Shown here piece by piece: positions 1 through 27,638 of a DNA stretch of 64,000 nucleotides; within the stretch, counting starts at the first letter, position 1, and every line of letters starts with the position of its first letter. The notes under the pieces are model-generated. The model had not been told where the DNA came from and searched no databases. It saw only the letters and a list, made by a program, of their open reading frames with translations. Both the position numbers and the translations under genes were made by a program. Source of the DNA: Yuukianura sp. NJ FZ-2021 (lineage: Eukaryota); contig CM102288.1 in assembly GCA_046563655.1 (NCBI GenBank), positions 3,348,001 through 3,412,000 of the forward strand. Reading direction: 5' to 3'.

Positions 1-550
1 TTTGAAAAATTCAGCTGAAATTCAACTTTTGGATATATTTGCCTTGCGGAGGATTCACGCGTACTCTACCGTCTTGAAGTGTTGGTCTCGTGAAAAATTG
101 ACCTGTTCTCTAACTTTTTGACGTGACCAATATTTTAAAAATTCACTTGTACACTTACTTTTTGAGGATTTGGAATTTTGAAAAATTCAGCTGAAATTCA
201 ACTTTTGGATATATTTGCCTTGCCGAGGATTCACGCGTACTCTACCGTCTTGAAATGTTGGTCTCGTCAAAAATTGACCTGTTCTCTAACTTTTTGACGT
301 GACCAAATTTTTAAAAATGCACTTGTACACTTACTTTTTGAGGATTTGGAATTTTGAAAAATTCAGCTGAAATTCAACTTTTGGATTTATTTGCCTTGCC
401 GAGGATTCACGCGTACTCTACCGTCTTGAAATGTTGGTCTCGTGAAAAACTGACCTGTTCTCTAACTTTTTGACGTGACAAAAATTTTTGACAAAATCTA
501 ACTTTTACGTTTACTTTTCGAAGAATTCTAACTTGGGAAAATTCAGCTGT
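1..550. repeat. Tandem repeat, 176-bp unit, ~3 copies (array continues off the left edge)
   Basis: TTTGAAAAATTCAGCTGAAATTCAACTTTTGG recurs at 1, 177 and 353 (period 176). Copies are near-identical; the third degenerates after ~480. Confidence 0.95.
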
Positions 551-577
551 CGTAAAATCTTAAAAGTGAATTATAAT

Positions 578-765
578 TTATAACAACGTCTCGATTCTCC
601 GCAAGTTTCCTATAACAGCGGCTCGATTCTTCGCAAGCTTTTTATAACCTCGGCTCGATTCTCCGCAAGCTTCTTACAACAGCGCTTCGATTCTTCGCAA
701 GCTTTTTATAACAGCTCCTCGATTTTCCGCAAGCTTCTTATAACAACGTCTCGATTTCTGCAAGA
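578..765. repeat. Minisatellite, 32-bp unit, ~6 copies
   Basis: TATAACAnCG(G/T)CTCGATTCT(C/T)CGCAAGCTT-like unit starting at 579, 611, 643 and onward, head-to-tail with no spacers. Confidence 0.9.
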
Positions 766-1189
766 AAAAAACTTGCATAAAATGTTCGTTTTGATTTTCT
801 GCAAGGAAATTTAATTGTGTTTTTTAAAAAAAGCTTGCAGCAAATCGCGTTGAACAGCAGTCGATCTCCCCTCATAGGGGAGAGGCAAAATGAGCAGTTG
901 AACAGCGAAAAATCGTGGATTAACAAGAGAAGTTCCTGTTTTTGTGAGGGTTTGACTGAATGTTTGGTTGGTTGTGATTAGAAAGAGGCTCTTGACATTC
1001 CTAAGCTGACAGTTTGGAATGAAGATTCTTTTTAAGCGCAAAAAGAAAAACCAAACTTGAGCTTGATGAATTTATGGTTTCACTTTTCCTTTTTCTACTT
1101 TGTATACTTGCAAGTTTTTCTTTGAAATTGAAACTTCCTTAAATTCCAAATTTCTTGACTTCAATTTGTTTTGTTTGGTTTTAATTTAG

Positions 1190-4142
1190 AACGGATTTAC
1201 GAGGATCATGAGAACATGGTTGAGAACCTGCTGATGTGGACACGTGACTCGAAGAACAAGATCTACTTTGTAGAGCGAGAAGACAAGTACGACATGTTCA
1301 ACAATCCACAGCGCTACTTGAGCCACGGCGGTGCTGGACCAGGAACTGTTCTGGATGATCATGGCAAAAGGAACTTGGTGGATGAATTTTATGCCCATGG
1401 CCACGGTGTTCCGGAAGTAGAAAGTTGTCTCTACCTCAAAGCAGAGGGCAAGAAGGCTTGGAAGAAGTTTTCCTTTGTACTCCGTGCCTCTGGCGTCTAC
1501 TACTTTCCCAAGGGAAAGGCCCATGCTAACCCTTCCAAGGACTTGGTCTGTCTTGCCACCATTGATCACAACATACAAGTAAGGAACCAACCCTAACGTA
1601 ATTTTCAAACTTTTCAAAACACTTTTCAAACAAATGCTTCCGGTCGACTCTCCTTCGACGAAGCGTCTGTTGCTTTGTTTGAGTTACAGTTTTCAGTTTT
1701 CCCGGGAAAACGGAAATTTCGAACTGCGAAAAGACGCTGATATGTCGGGGAAAAGTTTTTGAATGCAGAATGCTGAACTTCATTGAAAAATTTAATTTTA
1801 TCTTAACTTTGTTTTTGAATTGAACTCATTTTGGAACTTTCTTTTTCGTTTTTTAGGCTTACGAGGGCGTTGGATGGAGAAAAAAGTTCAAGGCACCGAC
1901 GGAATTTGGATTTGTGCTAAAACCAGCCCGGCTTCAGGTCAAGTCACATCGACACATGAAGTACCTCTGTGCAGAGGATATCGAGACCCTTAAGTCCTGG
2001 ATGGTGGGACTTCGAATTGCAAAGGTACTTGAAAAATTACCACTTTTGCATTCAAGAGGATCTGGTAGTTTTCTAACTTTTTTTTAAAGAAAATGTAGAA
2101 TTTCTTTTTGAATGTCGGTTTAGTTTGGAAAAATCCTTTGGGACAATTACCGAAGTCTCCAAGAAGACATTGCACACGAGGACTTGGATCGATTTGGACG
2201 CAGTGTATCCCTAGCCTCAATGCCTATTCAAATCACTACTCTAAATTCAAATTACCATCAGCCAACCTCAACTAATGGAGAAGAGGTCAAGGGTCACCTT
2301 GTCAAGTACCCTCCACCACCTCAAGACTTTTTGCCCTCCAACAATACTACGTCAGTCACTTCAGTTCCTCTGGCCCCTCTCGGCCCTCCTCTCAACCTTC
2401 ACAATCATTCTGCACCGGAGAATTCCAATGGTTTCAATGGTGATCGCATGGTAAGAATTTTTTAGAAAATTTATGACTGCTTTTGTTCAAAATTAGCATT
2501 CAATTGAACAAAAACTTCTGATTGGTTGTGATTTGACAGGTTCTGATTGGTTCATTTTTCTTGTGTACTTGATTAGGTGCTTGTAAATCATCAACTCCCT
2601 CCGCCACCGACAACGCTGCAAACGATTGTGGCTGTAAGAGAAGAAGGATTTGAAAGTGACGCTCCAGTGGGTGGGACAATCAAAAGGAAACCTTCTACAG
2701 TACTCAGTCCCAAGATTCCTCTGACGCTGAATACTAGAAGTTTAGTCAGCGAGTACATAACGCCTGGAGAAGGAAACACCGTGACACTGGCACATACGCT
2801 GCAGCGCAAAAGAAGTGTCAGCGGAAATGGTGGAACGCCAACAAGTTCGTCCAGTTCTTCCGTCATCTCCTCTCCTGTGAGTAGCAATCCTCATCCAATT
2901 TGTGGAAAACCTCCATATGGCCCTTCAAATGGAAAGCCCTTGGGAGTTCCAGCCCCGGTCGGAGAAGAATCGCTGGACTCCTTAGAAATTGCCAATTTGC
3001 CACCACCTCCTCCAGAACTTCTGGAATACGGTGGCTGTGATGAAGTTAATGTCATTTCAGTATCGGACAATGAAATTAGAGACAATATCTACCAGATTCC
3101 AAATGCTGGACCACCAATGTCCATACTCAAGATGGGACACCAGAGCGGAACACTCCCTTCTGGACCAATTTCACGCCATGGTTCGCTTGATTCTCAGTCC
3201 AGCACGCAGAGCCTTCCGAAGAAAGGTGTGACCTTTGCAAACGAACTTTCACAAAGACTGATGAGTCGAAATCAGGCCCCACCTCCTCCTCCTCCTGCTC
3301 CGAACAAATTGAATCTGCCGCCACTTCCTCTGAACACAAACAACAGTAGCAGTAGTTTGTCTAGTCCAAGAAAAATGGAGGAACCTCCACAAGCATTTCT
3401 GACTGACCTCCAACGGGTAATGCAAAAGAAGTGGCAAGTGGCCCAGAAGTGTCAAGTTTCCAATTCGAGTCCACAGGAAATCTTGGGATTTCGGTTCGAA
3501 CCGAACAATTGTGCCGGTTCGCAGTATCCGGAGAGTCCAATAAGCGAATGTCAATCGGAAGTTGATAGTTCCGGGAATCCTACTCTGCATAGTGTCAGCG
3601 AAGACCAGTACTATTATCCACCATCGTCTAGATCCGGAAGTATCACACCAATGGCAACTAACAAGGTATGGTATTTTTTCGTTTTTCGTTTTTTTTTCAC
3701 TTTGAGTTGTTTTCTAAAAAAAAACGAATTTTGAAACCGATTTCGTTCGTTTGCGTAGGAGGCAGTAGTGAGAGCCTGGGTATCGCAACACTACGGTGGA
3801 GCCGAGGAGGTACCGGAGTCGCCACAACCCAGAAAGCCGATTCCGCCTGTACCGAATGCCAAACCACAACAACGAGTTTCGTTCTCAATTCCAGTGGCGA
3901 CTCCGCTACCATCCCCTCCTGCCTATACTCAACCCCCAATTTACCAAACTCCGTCAACAAATGTCGTAATTTATGAAAACTTCCAAGGAAGAAAACATTC
4001 TCAAATGGGAATCCCAATGACAATGTCCAACAATTATAACAATCAACAACACCAAGTTCACCTAAGAAATAAGAAACCACCGCCACCTATACCCAAGAGA
4101 GCCGATTCAACTCATTTGTCAGCACATTTTGTTTATAATTGA
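1190..4142 (+). CDS. MRL-family adaptor (Lamellipodin/RAPH1, RIAM/APBB1IP, pico, MIG-10), 3' portion: end of RA domain, PH domain, Pro-rich tail; 5' exons lie outside the window
   Basis: Exons 1190-1578, 1857-2024, 2124-2450, 2577-3665, 3759-4142 (GT-AG). ERIYEDHENMVENLLMWTRDSKNKIYF (RA end); LYLKAEGKKAWKKFSFVLRASGVYY...YEGVGWRKKFKAPTEFGF...MKYLCAED...WMVGLRIAKFG (PH); LPPPP EVH1-type ligands; KPPPPIPKR near the C-terminus. Confidence 0.9.
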
Positions 4143-5649
4143 ACAAAGCAATCATTAACAACAATGTGGTTGGGTGTAAAGCGGTTTTCGAAAAACACAA
4201 AAATATTCTGGTCAAAACTTTGTAAAAAATGCAAGGAAAAGACACACGGACTTTTCAAAATAGAGAAATAATTGAGTGAATGTGGCTTGGATTTGAGAAG
4301 CATGTCACCCCTAAATGTTATTAATCTAAGATTGTTAATTTACAAAATATTATTTAGTTACACATTTTTGTTACGTAATGCTAACATATGCTACAGTAGC
4401 AAAAAAGATGCAATTTGCAAAGTACTGATCAAAAAATTGAACTGTTTGTTGTAATGTGTAAAGGCCTTAAATGCAACTGCCAATCCATATGAAGACGCTG
4501 CGGCCTTTTTTTTCTACACAAGTTTGCTGAAAGGGGAGGGCAATTTTTTTAAATTGTAAAAGAAATTACTAAAAGAAGGCGCTATTTCCATACGATTTAA
4601 GTTAAATATTATAAAATAATTAATTAGTTTTGTTAAATTACTTGTAATTGTAAAGTTGTGGGAAGTGGGAGTTATGGGGGGAAAAATATGGGTGCCAAAG
4701 AGGAGCGTTATTTGTCAATTCTTAAAAAAATATTTAGGAATTTGATATAAAGTAACTTTGTAAATTGTTACTAAATTCTACACACGTTAATTCATGAAGG
4801 CTGTAAAAACTAATTACATGCATTATGTTCCCTATAGTTCCCTGCTGATGCCCGAAAACTGTATAAAAGTCAAGTGTCCTGTAGAGAATTCAGTAGTCAA
4901 TTGAGTTAGTTTTTTGTTTTGAAAAATCTAACTTGAATTGACCTAAAAGTTCTTGTGGATTGAGTATAATAAGTTTATATTTAAAACGTATTGGGCATCA
5001 AATTACAATTAATTAACTTAAGATGTCATGTTACGGGATTCAAAAAAGAAAAAGCGTTATTTCCGTCTTCTGTTTGTAATGACAGCACAGCCAATGGACA
5101 GGAAGGAATAATTGAATAAATCAGACTTTACTACAAATTAGTGCAGTAAATCTGGTGAAATTCGTACCTTCTTCGGTACATCGTTGTACTCATTTCTACA
5201 TAACCTTGAAATCTGCTAAAGCTTAAAAAAAGGGACGCGTCGGCGTCATTTCCTCTTTTGGCGTCCGTGAATCGCGGGGAAGGGGGCGGATTGATTATGT
5301 TCTAAAATATATTCATAACTCCAGAGAGCTCTCAGCTCTCAGTACTCAGCTGTTCCGTAGATTTTTTTTACTTTGTTTTTATTTCTTCTTCCGTTTTTGG
5401 TTGTTTTCTTTTCGTTTTTCTTTCTTTGGACACTTGGGGACAACACGAACGACGTCGTCACTGACTAGTGAAGTGAGTACAGAAAGCTGAAGCGATAAAT
5501 CGTGTAAAAGGTAAGTGGATAGTGGATTTAGTTCCTATTATGTTGTCTGTTTGCGAAGCGAATTATAGAGCTTAAATCTTATTTCTTGCAATTCTCAATA
5601 AATAATAATAGTATATGTAATTTGATTTCGATTCTGGTTCAGATTCAGA

Positions 5650-7478
5650 ATGTCTGGTACTGCAATTTGGAGCGCTGACGTCTTGAGAAGCGTTTTGCAC
5701 GTTGTTACAGAAGAAAGATGGACAAAAGTCATTCTGGACCACTTGATGAAGCAAGAGTACCTGGGTATTGATTGTGAAGGGGTCAATTTGGGTCGCGACG
5801 GTAAAGTCACGCTAGTTCAAGTGGCTACTCCGGTTGGAGACGTTTTCATATTCGACATGTTGCAAAAAACAGTGCACAGTGGAGTACGTACGCTTTTGCA
5901 ATCGAATGTGCTTAAGGTAATAGTTAACTTTTAAATCTTTTAATTCTAAAAACCTCCCACCCCACCATTGTGTTGATTTCAATTCCAGATTATGCACGGC
6001 TGTAGAGGAGATGTGGCGAATTTATTTGTCGAGCACGGGATACTTTGTCAACAAGTGGTAGATACGCAGTGGGCTCAACTTCAAATCGATTCTACACAAA
6101 ACCAAAATGGAAAACAATTGAAACCAGGATTGAACGAGCTCAATGCAAAGTATGGTGTTCCAACAAATCCATTGAAAGGGAAAATTGATGTAAGTACAAT
6201 TAAAAAAATCTATTATCGTTACCTCACTGAAGCGTGATATTTTTTTCTGTAGTATGCAAAAAATCCACGATACTGGGAGACCAGACCACTAACTCAAGAT
6301 ATGAAGCACTATGCAGCAAGTGATGTCATTTCGTTGGTGAAGTTGTACCCTCTTCTGAAATCAAGAATTGCCCAACCAAAAGAATTCCTGGAAACATGTA
6401 CTGCCAAGATCCGGGAAATAATCTTTACCTCCGTATCCCCGAACAACGTGAAACCGGCTAACTCCGTATCCCCGACCAGCGTGAAACCGGCTAACTCCGA
6501 ATCCTCGACTAACGTGAAACCGGCTGCTGTAATCTTTAACTCCGGTTCCCCGAAGAATGTGGAACCAGCTGCTGTAATAGATATGGGGTCGCTGCTGATG
6601 AAAACAATGATTGTGAGGAACAAGAGTGATTCTCAACAAGTGACTGCCTACATTTTAAAACAGAGGTATATCGCAGTCGATGTAAAAACCGTTCAAACTG
6701 ATGGTGACTACGACAAATTGAGACTGTTTCAAGTTGGGACCGAGGCTGGCCAAGTTTATGTTTTTGACATGACATCTACAATCGTTCTCGACTACATTAA
6801 AAGTTTCATGGAAAACAGTGGTGTGACAAAGGTAATATAAATATATTTGTGACAATGGCAATATTTGATTCACACTGTTACATTCTTGTTTTGATTGTAA
6901 TTCACTCAATCAGGGTGTTTTATTTTTTCGTGTTAGGTGATGCATGATTGCAGAGATGCAGTATCCAGTCTGTACTCCTATTACGGTATGAGGGTTAACC
7001 AAATTTTTGACACACAATTGGCTCAACGCGTTATCACTTCCGCCAAACCGGGGGCCGCTAACCATAACATTGGTTTGGATGAATTGTGCAAAGCTTACGG
7101 CATACCAAGCAATCCATACCGGAACGAGGTATTATTAAAAAAGTTAAGTATTTCTCTTGATTGGTGATTGGCAAATTAACTCCTAACCACTCTTGCGTTC
7201 ATAAGGCATTCAACTGGTCCCAACGGCCGATTACACAAGGAATGGAAAACCTTGTCGTATATGACGTTTATGCAATTTTGAAACTGTACGCGCGACTGCT
7301 GAAGAACGTGAATATCGATCATGTAAAGTCCAGATCGCATAATCGTGTAATCCAACTGCAAAAGGTTGTAGACGACGACAACTCCAATTGTGAGAGTAAT
7401 GCAGAAACGGAAGACGACGTGGAACAATCAAGTGATGACTATGACGCATACCAGCAATACTGGTACAAGAACTATTAA
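5650..7478 (+). CDS. Protein with two tandem EXD1/Egalitarian-like DEDDy 3'-5' exonuclease domains
   Basis: Exons 5650-5916, 5989-6189, 6253-6831, 6937-7128, 7206-7478. Domain 1: LGIDCEGVNLGRDGKVTLVQVAT / KIMHGCRGD / VDTQ / YWETRPLTQDMKHYAASDV. Domain 2: IAVDVKT / KVMHDCRDA / FDTQ / WSQRPITQGMENLVVYDV. Probable non-coding 5' exon ending at ~5509 (AAAG|GTAAGT). Confidence 0.85.
6427..6579 (+). repeat. Coding 33-bp (11-aa) tandem repeat in the inter-domain linker
   Basis: SVSPNNVKPAN SVSPTSVKPAN SESSTNVKPAA ... SGSPKNVEPAA; DNA unit TCCG.ATCC.CGA..A.CGTGAAACCGGCT. Confidence 0.85.
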
Positions 7479-7761
7479 ACTGCCTTATCAAGAATGCTTT
7501 AAGCCTCTAAGACAAATCTCGAAGCAACTGATGCTCAATTTATTTTGTGGTAATTACGACGAACAATTTATAATTTAGGATTAGCTTATATCCAGTCTAT
7601 GTCCGAAAACGTCGCACAAAAGAACTAAACTTGAATATTTTTCAATCTATATTTTGCTACTTACTGCTATAAAAGTGGTTAGTATAGTAGAATCGTTTAA
7701 CAATTTTTTGGAAAATTAATTTGGATTCTAGTCAGTAGAATCAATGGTGGACCACTTCATC

Positions 7762-7775
7762 GTTTCCAACGAAAC
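7762..7775. promoter_or_regulatory. Candidate X-box (RFX site) upstream of the axonemal dynein
   Basis: GTTTCCAACGAAAC, an imperfect palindrome resembling the X-box GTT(T/G)CCATGG(A/C)AAC, ~205 bp upstream of the dynein ATG. Confidence 0.4.
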
Positions 7776-7979
7776 GCTGTAGCGTTGTGGTTTTGTTTAT
7801 GTTTGGTCAATGTGAAGTCCAATAAATCAAGTGCTCTCGTTTTCATCTTTTCAGGTTATCTTCATTTTTTTACGAAGACGTGCTGAAAGCGGAAGTATCT
7901 TGTTTCGGTGGTCTTCATGTGAGCAATTTTTGAAATCTGCTAATTTTTTTGTTTGAAGCTAGGTTTGACAGGCTAGGAG

Positions 7980-23466
<15,487 letters not shown>

Positions 23467-23794
23467 GTTAATCGATTAATACAAATCAACTTAATTTTTT
23501 GCAACAATCTTTACATGAAATGAAACTTTGTTCATACGTTTAAAAAATAACGCCAAGCCAAAAAAAAACCTTAACTTTTACATCCAATCATGCGTAACGC
23601 GTTTTATTGTCACGTGGGAGGTCATTGACCTTTGTTTGTTCATTTCTTTGTTCCACTTACTCTCAGCTGTCGTCAGTATGTTTTTGTCTATGCTTCGAGG
23701 AGCACTTCAGTGTTGTAAAAATTGTTTTGACGCAGTTTGTTCAACTACTTAAGTTTGTTCAATTAGCTTTTTCATTATGCTTAGTAAATTAGCA

Positions 23795-25471
23795 ATGACA
23801 GTAGAGAAACTCAGTTTGGATGATGACGATGATGGTCATCAAGATTCCGACGTCGGATTCACTCGGTCCAAAAATCGTCGTCACAAGATTCCAACTTCTC
23901 GCCCACGTAAGCCAATGTCACCAAAATCGTTAAGCATTAATCAATTTTAATGTTCAATACAAAAAAATTTCGGTTTCCGGTGCTTCCAGGAACAGAAGAG
24001 CCTCAGAACACTACAAAAGTACCAGGACGAATAGTGGTCTTACAATCTGAATCTACACGTATGATAAACTGCGAAGTTTCTATGAAATTGTTGAAAATGA
24101 AAGCAAGGAAGTTACTGAAACTGCTGATTTTTTAGAAATTCAGCAAAATGTACTGGACGGAGGAGATTCTACTGAAAACGATTCGCAGCCAGAGTTTTCA
24201 TCTCAAAATCCAAGGTTATGGACAAGTCACGACGTCAAAAAGTTTTTGGCCAAAAATGGATTCTCGGACATCGTTTTGTCCAAAACTAGCGTACGTCATT
24301 ATCATTAGTTCCTGAAAGTTCCTTCAACTTTGCTGGGGCTACTTTATGACACTGTGGAGCCCTTACACCAGGTCTGGTGCACAATTACTAGGCTGGCAGA
24401 GTCATTTTTCAAATGGTGCAGAAGAGCCAGCGAGCCGAACTTTCACCTTGCTTTCCAACTTTTTTATTTAAGCTCTTTAGAAAAAATTCATGAACTATAA
24501 AGTCAAGGATTTCAACAAAAAAAAAATCTGGGAATTCATTTTTTTAAATTCTTCAGGTGATTCTGAGATAGTAAGTGGTGAAGAGATTAGCTTTCTGTGG
24601 CATTTTGTTTCAGAGAAATGAATTTTTAAAGTTTTTGAATTTTAGAATTTTTTGGAAAGAGATTTTCCATTGTGGTGGGGTAGGCTCTGCTTTGAGACTG
24701 GCCGGAGCTATGCGGGGATCATACGGTCCAGAAAGGCTCCTCGCCTTTCTCAACTTTTTTCCCACTGGCGGCATTCCCATACAAAAGCCAGGTAGAGGAA
24801 GTTTTCCTATCCACCTCTTTGCTTCGTATAATCTCCGATCTCAAACCTCGAAAAATTCCCAGTGCACTTTTAGAATCTTCGCGTCCTCAAACAAACGCAC
24901 AAACTAATGAAGTGTTTTGCGTAACTTAATAACTTTGATGTTTTTCTTAGGAGGTGAAGGGAATTGACTTTCTAAAGATGAACCGTGAGGTACTTGGCCT
25001 CAGGATGGACCTGTCAACGGCTCTCAAAGTCTACAAATTGATTCAAGAACTGCGACAAGTTGCAACGGAACTTGAAACTCCGGTTGTCCGAAAAGTCAAA
25101 CGCCGACGTCGACGAAGCATGGACGACGAGCCAGTTGCAGTTCCATGGCTGGCTATCCCACCTAATTCATCAGCGACAGTTTACTCCACTGGAGAGTGGA
25201 TTTTGAAAACGCCTGCATTAAATCCTCCGTATGTTGCTCCACTTGACCCCAGGCTGAAAAAGGTCAACTTTTGCTTCTACTGTCGTCGAACCGAATCCAG
25301 TCCACTTCCTGACAGTACCTGTCAGCTCAGGTCACGTTGTCCAAGTTAGTAGTGAAAAAAAGTGATTTTAACAGCAGAAAACTTTAAAATATCTTTTGTA
25401 ATACTTGTTTTGTAGTGAGCTCGGGATCCAATCTTCGCTCGGATACCATTTCGGGACGAGATCCGAAATAG
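23795..25471 (+). CDS. SAM-domain protein (Scm/Polyhomeotic/L3MBTL-like SAM) with basic patch and Cys-containing C-terminus; last exon uncertain
   Basis: Exons 23795-23906, 23990-24058, 24136-24290, 24951-~25344, 25416-25471, with compatible phases. Spliced NPRLWTSHDVKKFLAKNGFSDIVLSKTS|EVKGIDFLKMNREVLGLRMDLSTALKVYKLIQELR matches the SAM pattern (W..DV..FL...G...idG..Ll.l....L......g.alKi...I..L). Confidence 0.65.
24530..24832 (+). mobile_element. Dispersed non-autonomous repeat, copy A (in intron 3 of the SAM gene)
   Basis: Aligns by eye to the reverse complement of 44294-44549 plus 45500-45570. Shared blocks include GAATTTTTAAAGTTTTT, AGGCTCTGC, CCGGAGCTATGCGG, AAAGGCTCCTC, CCATACAAAA and CTTTGCT(T/C)CGTATAAT. 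Confidence 0.75.
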
Positions 25472-27638
25472 GAATTAGCAGAAGATGAAAAAAGCGCAGC
25501 GCTTCAAACCCGCCACAAACCGAGTGCCTTCTGCTGCATTTGATTGTTCAAACAACCGAATTTTGTATTTGAAAGAAAAAGTAAATCCCGTACGCAGTTC
25601 TTTGCTCAACTTCAAAAGGGTTTGATTGACAGCTTGTTTTTTTAAGAATTAAAATTTTGAAAAGTTTTAGAACAGGGAGGACGGAAGCCTTATTTCAACA
25701 AAGGTTTTTAAAAAATGGAATGTATCGCTTCTTTTTCAAACAATTGAAAAAGCGCAAACGCTGAAATGGCTTAAGTCTACATTGATTTATTCAATTTTAA
25801 TTTAATTCCAATTGTTTTCTTTTCAGATTAAAACGAAAAGTATGAAAGTTTTGGTAGATTACTAACTGACATTGTTTTAGAATTAAGATTGTAAGGGTAC
25901 AAACTTTCAGTTGAAGAAAGTTTTTCAAAAGCAAAATCGAATTTCTCCATGAAATTTTGGAAAAAAAAAATGAAAAAACTTGAGGGATATTGTCAAAAAG
26001 TAGTATTACACCATGTTATTCTTTTCGTACATTGTGACAAAAGAAATCAATATGAAAAACCTACCCTAACATTACAAACTATTGTTCATTTTTTCCGAAA
26101 TCGTTTTTTGAAAAAAAAATCAAAAAATGGACAATTCCAGCTGTCAATTGTCATTTTAGGTTCGAATGTTATTACAAATTAAATAGAAAAAGTTGTATTT
26201 GAAAAGGCGTAAGTGTTCTCATCTGCTTTTACTCCCTAAAACAACTCAATTAGAGACCCAATCACAAACTTTCCCTTAAAAGCAGAGAAAGCCCCCAAAA
26301 GTTCTCCAACAATTGAACAGTTTTTGCCCTTCAAGGGCCCCCCTGCATTCTGCTTCTGTTTGGTAACAATAATGAAATATGGTGAAAATGAAATATGAGA
26401 AGGGTCCCCTTATGTGGTCTCGTTTTTTTGATTCTGTTTCGTAATTATCTTCATGTTAGTTTCAAAACACGAAACATTGAAACACGAATCCGCGAAAAAC
26501 TTTTTCCAAAAAAATGAACACAATCAATCATCGTTCTTGGGTTCCTTCTAAAACGAGATCATGAAGGCTACAAATGAGTTCATTTGCAGGGGCCCTTCGT
26601 TCGATTATTTTCACATTTCTGGGCCATTGATTTATTGAAGCCCTTTGGTTCAAATTCTTTGAAATGTGGAAGTTTTTGGACTTGTTCTGGGAGGGGCCGT
26701 TTGAACAAAACATAAAAAAATGGGGGCGGAGGATGAGGTTTTCGTGGTTATTAAAAAGTATTTGGAGCCTGAGTGAAACTGAACTGACTGAGAAGGGGCC
26801 GGGCCCTTTGATTTTTGAATAAGGTGTCTTGTTCCGAAAGTGTCATGGATGAGTTAATTCGATCAAAAGAAGATCAAGGGGATCCCGCAAAGGCTATCCT
26901 ACCCCTTAAGTCCCCAATTCTTTTCAGACAGGACTTTAAATCTCGTAATTTGTAGACACGGCAGCACAGCTGGATCCCTCACACTTCCTGGGCCCTTCAT
27001 CAAAGGGCCCTTCCTTATTTTCCCACTTCCACTAACTTCCACTTCAAATTCATAATGGGAAATTAAACACTGGAGGTTCCAAATAACAACCGGTTGTAAA
27101 AACGAGTGTATACGGAAGTAGCGCAAGATGCCTTAACCTTAGACCAAGACTAGTTATGCAATTTTATCAATTTGAGTTGAAAGTAAAATAAAATTCCGAA
27201 ATCTAATAACATTTAGGGGGCAAATTTGAGCTTATAAATAAAATAATTCCGAATTTCGATACGCTAGAAAATTAATGGGGAAATGTTTGAGATTATAAAT
27301 CGTATAATTCCAAATTCCCAAATCTTTGAATTTAATGTGGAAATTTTGAGTTTAGATTCAAGTTGACTACATGGCACACGGACAGACAGACTAGATGGAA
27401 GCATAAAGTAGCTTTCGCTGCAACTACACTCGTGCCAAAGGGGTCATGACCCCTTGACGGCTTTTAGGTTGGAGAAAAAGCGGAAAACACCGGTAACCAT
27501 ATCTTTGTCATTAGTTTTTGGTTAATTAGGTTTTAAGTTTTTCATGTTTTGGGTTTCTGGAAGATTTTCAAGGGAAGGTATTTAAAGTTGAGTAATTTAC
27601 ACCAAAATTAATTAAAATCGCGTTAAAACATACTCAAG

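Noticed and set aside
578..765. 32-bp repeats resembling a CRISPR array
   Set aside because: Units are head-to-tail with no unique spacers, there are no cas genes, and the context is eukaryotic.
24575..24907. 110-aa ORF inside the SAM gene intron
   Set aside because: It lies in a non-coding dispersed repeat; the paralogous copy at ~44300-44550 has indels and does not preserve the frame.
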